DNA of 64,000 nucleotides from Azolla caroliniana (Eukaryota > Plantae > Polypodiophyta). The notes below the pieces were generated by a model. It was not told the DNA's origin and made no database searches. It saw only the letters and a program-made list of their open reading frames with translations. The stretch lies in assembly GCA_043228905.1 (NCBI GenBank), contig JBHGNT010000003.1, forward strand, positions 124,001-188,000, given 5' to 3'. Positions 60,603 to 64,000 of the stretch are shown in pieces (the first letter of the stretch is position 1; every line of letters begins with the position of its first letter). A program made the translations under genes and the position numbers.

Positions 60603-60998
60603 TGTCGAGAGAGAGTGTGTGTGTGAAAGAGAGAGAAAAGGAAATATTGTATTGCAGAGTACAATGGATTACAAGGAGTAGGCAATAGAGTGCTACAAAA
60701 TGGCGTTGAACCAATTTAGGTTTGGGATGATTGATAGATCCCTATTTATAAGTAATAGAATGTAGAGTAACCTAGAAGGTTTCTAGAGTATTCTAGAAGG
60801 TTCTAGTGTATAGAACACTCTAGAATATTCTAGGTTATTCTAGAATGTACTATATATAATATTCCTATGATATTAGATTATATATTCTAAAAATTATATA
60901 TATGAGAATATTAATACAATGGTTAAGGATTTGACATGTGTACAACAAGGTCGTGGGTTCAAATCTTTTTGAGGCATGATGTGAGTGTCATCATGACA
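60603..60998 (-). mobile_element. Solo LTR of element Y
   Basis: Perfect TSD CCCAC; same site as full-length Y in copy A; HSE TTCtaGAAggTTC at 60791-60803. Confidence 0.92.
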
Positions 60999-62922
60999 CC
61001 CACTAGTGGAGTTTTACCTTGGGAAGATAAGATGGAACGTGAAGGTTTGTTGGCTATTAGAATTCGTCAATTAGAAAATAGGCTGAAGGACATAGCTGAA
61101 GCTACCAAGAAACAACAAGAAGTTCGATTGAAGAATAAGGATCGATTTGACAAGAGACATCGACTTCAGAATATTCCCAGTAAAAAAGGACGTTGGGTTT
61201 TGGTGTTTGATAGTAGTCTCGAACATCAGCACAAATCTATTCGAAAATTCTCTCATCAATGGTTTGGGTCATATCGAGTGGTAGAAGTCCGGTGACATGG
61301 AACATATATTTTATCAGAATTTGATGGAACTCTTCGTCGAATTCCAATTGTTGGTAAATGGATTAAACTCTTTAAACAAAGAGCCTCTCTTGTTCCTGAC
61401 ATTTTGCAAGATGAAGGATTAGTGGAAGCTAATTCAAATTGGGAAGAAGAGGTGGTCCATGAAGTGGCAGCTACAAGTATCCAATTAGAAGCGGTAACAG
61501 CAGTTTCATCACAAGATACTGGTCTAGAAGAGAATGTAAATGACGACTTAGCTTTTCGATCAGAGGGGGTGAAGATGACTCTCGTGTCAATTCCGGAATT
61601 GAATGAAGATGATTGGTGTGCATTAGTTGTTCAAATAAAGAGAACGAGGAATTTGGATGAATTTTCTCCACTTGGCACATACCGGACAATGTGCAGGTTA
61701 GGAGGGGGTGCATGTTGTAAAGGGATGTGACTGACTGGTGCCACAACGATTCCACACTTGCCTCAGCTACAACCACACATCCCGACTTGGTTCGATGACC
61801 CAACACTCCTTGGAGATCCACCTAATTTGACTCATTGGAATTGATTTACATTCTAGACTCAAATTTCTTTACTATTATTGTTATTAGAGATTTATATGCA
61901 TTATTTTATTGGAATAAATATTGTATAGTTGAAACCATGTAATGTATTGCATGTGCACCATATAATGCACATGCAAAGTTTCTCTACATGTGTGTCACAT
62001 GACCCACAGGCTTTTATATAACGCACACACACATATCTCGTAAAGGGTTTTTCGGCAATAGAATTTCTCTTCTTTTACATTCTTTCTTCTTCCACGTAAT
62101 AAGATTATCTACGTAGGCTATTTCGCTTATAACTCTCAACTCTGACGTCATTTTTTGACATTCTATAGCTCGTTGGAAATCTCCTTCTGAGGGCTTTCCA
62201 ACAAGTGTCTGCACAATTAACTTGGTTACGTCTACGAAATGTTACAAGGATTTTTGTCTTCATGGGTAGGGCTAGAAGCTGCACGTGGCTACTAGGATAC
62301 TTTCGGCTCAATTGTTGATTCGATCCTATTCTTCCCTTCCTTCCTCGCTCTCTTAGTTCAGAACCCCAACAGTTCTGCCCAGACACGCAAATTTCTTTAA
62401 CACGACAGCGAGACAATGTAGTTATTGGAGCATAGGGAATATTTGAGAGAGCTAGAGCTCCTCCTCATCAACCTACATCTTGACATCATCAAGGTAAGCA
62501 AAACAAACCAGGTCAAAGATGTCGAGGTCGAATGTGCCGATGTATAGGAACAAGATTGAAATGTGTTCTTCAAATAGATCCCCATCGCTCAGTAAGGGGT
62601 CAACCATGAACCCCGAGTACATGTATGAACGCAATGCGATCGAAAACTTAAGGATGATGTCGTCAAAGAATTCGCCGTGTGTGGCAACTATTGAGCAAAG
62701 AAGTGTGTTAGTTTAAAATAAGAAATGCGGTGGTGGAAGGAGGACTGACCTAGGGTTAAGAAAGAGATGGACACATGTGGAATAATATGGCCTCCCAAAG
62801 CCTGATGAGACCGAGGAGGGGCGGACCTCGCATCTGCATTCCACTGCGTCCATTGGAACTACATACATGCAAACCCTGACAATCGATCACATGCAAACTC
62901 ACGTCTCCTCGACCTGCTCCCC

Positions 62923-63303
62923 ATTCATTCATTCATTCATTCATTCATTCATTCATTCATTACCACTGCAACCTCATGAATCATCATCATCATCATCATC
63001 ATGCTAGTACACCTTCAACTTCTCGTTATTCCAAATCCATATAATATAAACACCAAATTCTTCTTTCAATCGCTCTTTTGCCTTGATCCTGGTGCACATA
63101 GATCTCAAGAATATCTCCCACTCACCACTTTCAAGGTATGTATAAACAATAAAGCGGAGAGGAGAGCCAAATGTAATTCATATGCCTAAAACTATAAGAG
63201 AAGCAGCAACAGAAGGAAGAAATAAATAATTATGCATTAATCTTGTTCTCTCTCTCGGCCCCATGTTCTGCATCTTTGGCCTTAGAAGACGTTAATATAT
63301 CTT

Positions 63304-63358
<55 letters not shown>
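62923..63358 (+). promoter_or_regulatory. Putative HSF promoter/5' leader with (CATT)n, (CAT)n and (CT)n microsatellites and a TATA-like motif near 63040-63050; duplicated at ~55834-56253
   Basis: Non-TE sequence directly upstream of the HSF ATG; TATAATATAAA motif. Confidence 0.5.
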
Positions 63359-63362
<4 letters not shown>

Positions 63363-63639
63363 CCGTTAGTCGTGTCCTCATCATCCTCCAGCCATTCTCT
63401 TAGCTTTTCTTTTCTGTAGTCACAACGGTATCTATTTACTATAAAATGCACAGAAGATGTCATAATTAGGGGGTTTGTGTAGAAAATTTTACTGATCAAA
63501 TATGCGCTGTAGCTAGAAATCGAGCTGCATCAGAACTTCACCAAACAAGGTTCAGATTGCTGATTTTACTCAGCAGCATAAAATGCAAGAATCCGAGATC
63601 AGTTAATTGATTGAAAGGTTTGGCCCAAATTGCAGACAA

Positions 63640-63909
63640 ATGGATATGGATATGGATATGGAAGTAAATATGCCTAGTCTGGAAATTTTGGATCCTTTCA
63701 TGGAAGCCATAAATCGTTCAGTTCCAGCTCCGTTTCTTATCAAAACTTATCAGCTCGTGGATGATCCGGCAACTGATCACATTGTTTCTTGGAGTGATGA
63801 CAACAACGCATTTGTTGTTTGGCGGCCTCCAGAGTTCGCCAAGGAAATCCTCCCCAACTACTTTAAGCACAATAATTTCTCAAGTTTCGTACGTCAATTG
63901 AACACATAT
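63640..63909 (+). CDS. HSF: Heat-shock transcription factor, class B (HsfB4-like), exon 1; gene continues beyond the window
   Basis: [25 protein letters not shown]...[10 protein letters not shown]...[20 protein letters not shown] followed by a GTAAGT donor at 63910, the conserved plant HSF DNA-binding-domain intron position. Confidence 0.95.
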
Positions 63910-64000
63910 GTAAGTAGCACTTATATTCTGAACCGTCTAATTTGAAGCTCAAGATAAGCACTGCTGAAATATTTCCCACATTTTGAATCGGATGAATTAA

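Larger units (their letters stand above)
57225..62402 (+). mobile_element. Ty3/gypsy relic G, copy B (3' LTR 61713-62402); left boundary approximate
   Basis: Paralogue of copy A with the same RT/RH deletion. Confidence 0.8.
56275..63379. repeat. Tandem segmental duplication, copy B (gene-proximal, ~7.1 kb)
   Basis: Colinear with copy A minus insertions; contains H leader/PBS (56666-56677)/LTR remnant, G relic, two solo LTRs and HSF upstream region. Confidence 0.92.

Noticed and set aside
63001-63189. 62-aa ORF as a TBF1/HsfB1-like regulatory uORF
   Set aside because: Its ATG arises from a (CAT)n tract upstream of the likely TATA, and there is no recognisable similarity to the conserved uORF peptide

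Overview
Plant nuclear DNA, probably a large-genome non-seed plant such as a fern or lycophyte (inferred from the Tcn1-type chromoviruses). It is almost entirely nested retroelements and ends in the only host gene: exon 1 of a class-B (HsfB4-like) heat-shock factor at 63640-63909. The backbone is a tandem duplication of a ~7.1 kb unit (copy A 16329-56274, copy B 56275-63379) that includes the HSF promoter region. Copy A is swollen to 40 kb by nested insertions up to five levels deep: chromoviruses W, Y and Z, Copia elements including one intact copy, and a LINE. Copy B holds only solo LTRs. Main observations: (1) two ~3.5 kb non-autonomous LTR elements carry different captured host-gene fragments and have tRNA-Arg primer-site-like motifs at both inner LTR borders but no polypurine tract; (2) three related LTR families share the order terminal palindrome, outward-facing tRNA-like A/B box, heat-shock-element array, TATA; (3) a 72-bp palindromic micro-element built from two LTR left ends has a perfect 5-bp TSD; (4) Tf1-type self-priming sites are present, including a junction that reads like primer plus strong-stop cDNA; (5) one chromovirus has both LTRs ending in TA. 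All boundaries and difference counts were read by eye, and lineage names come from motif recognition rather than database searches.
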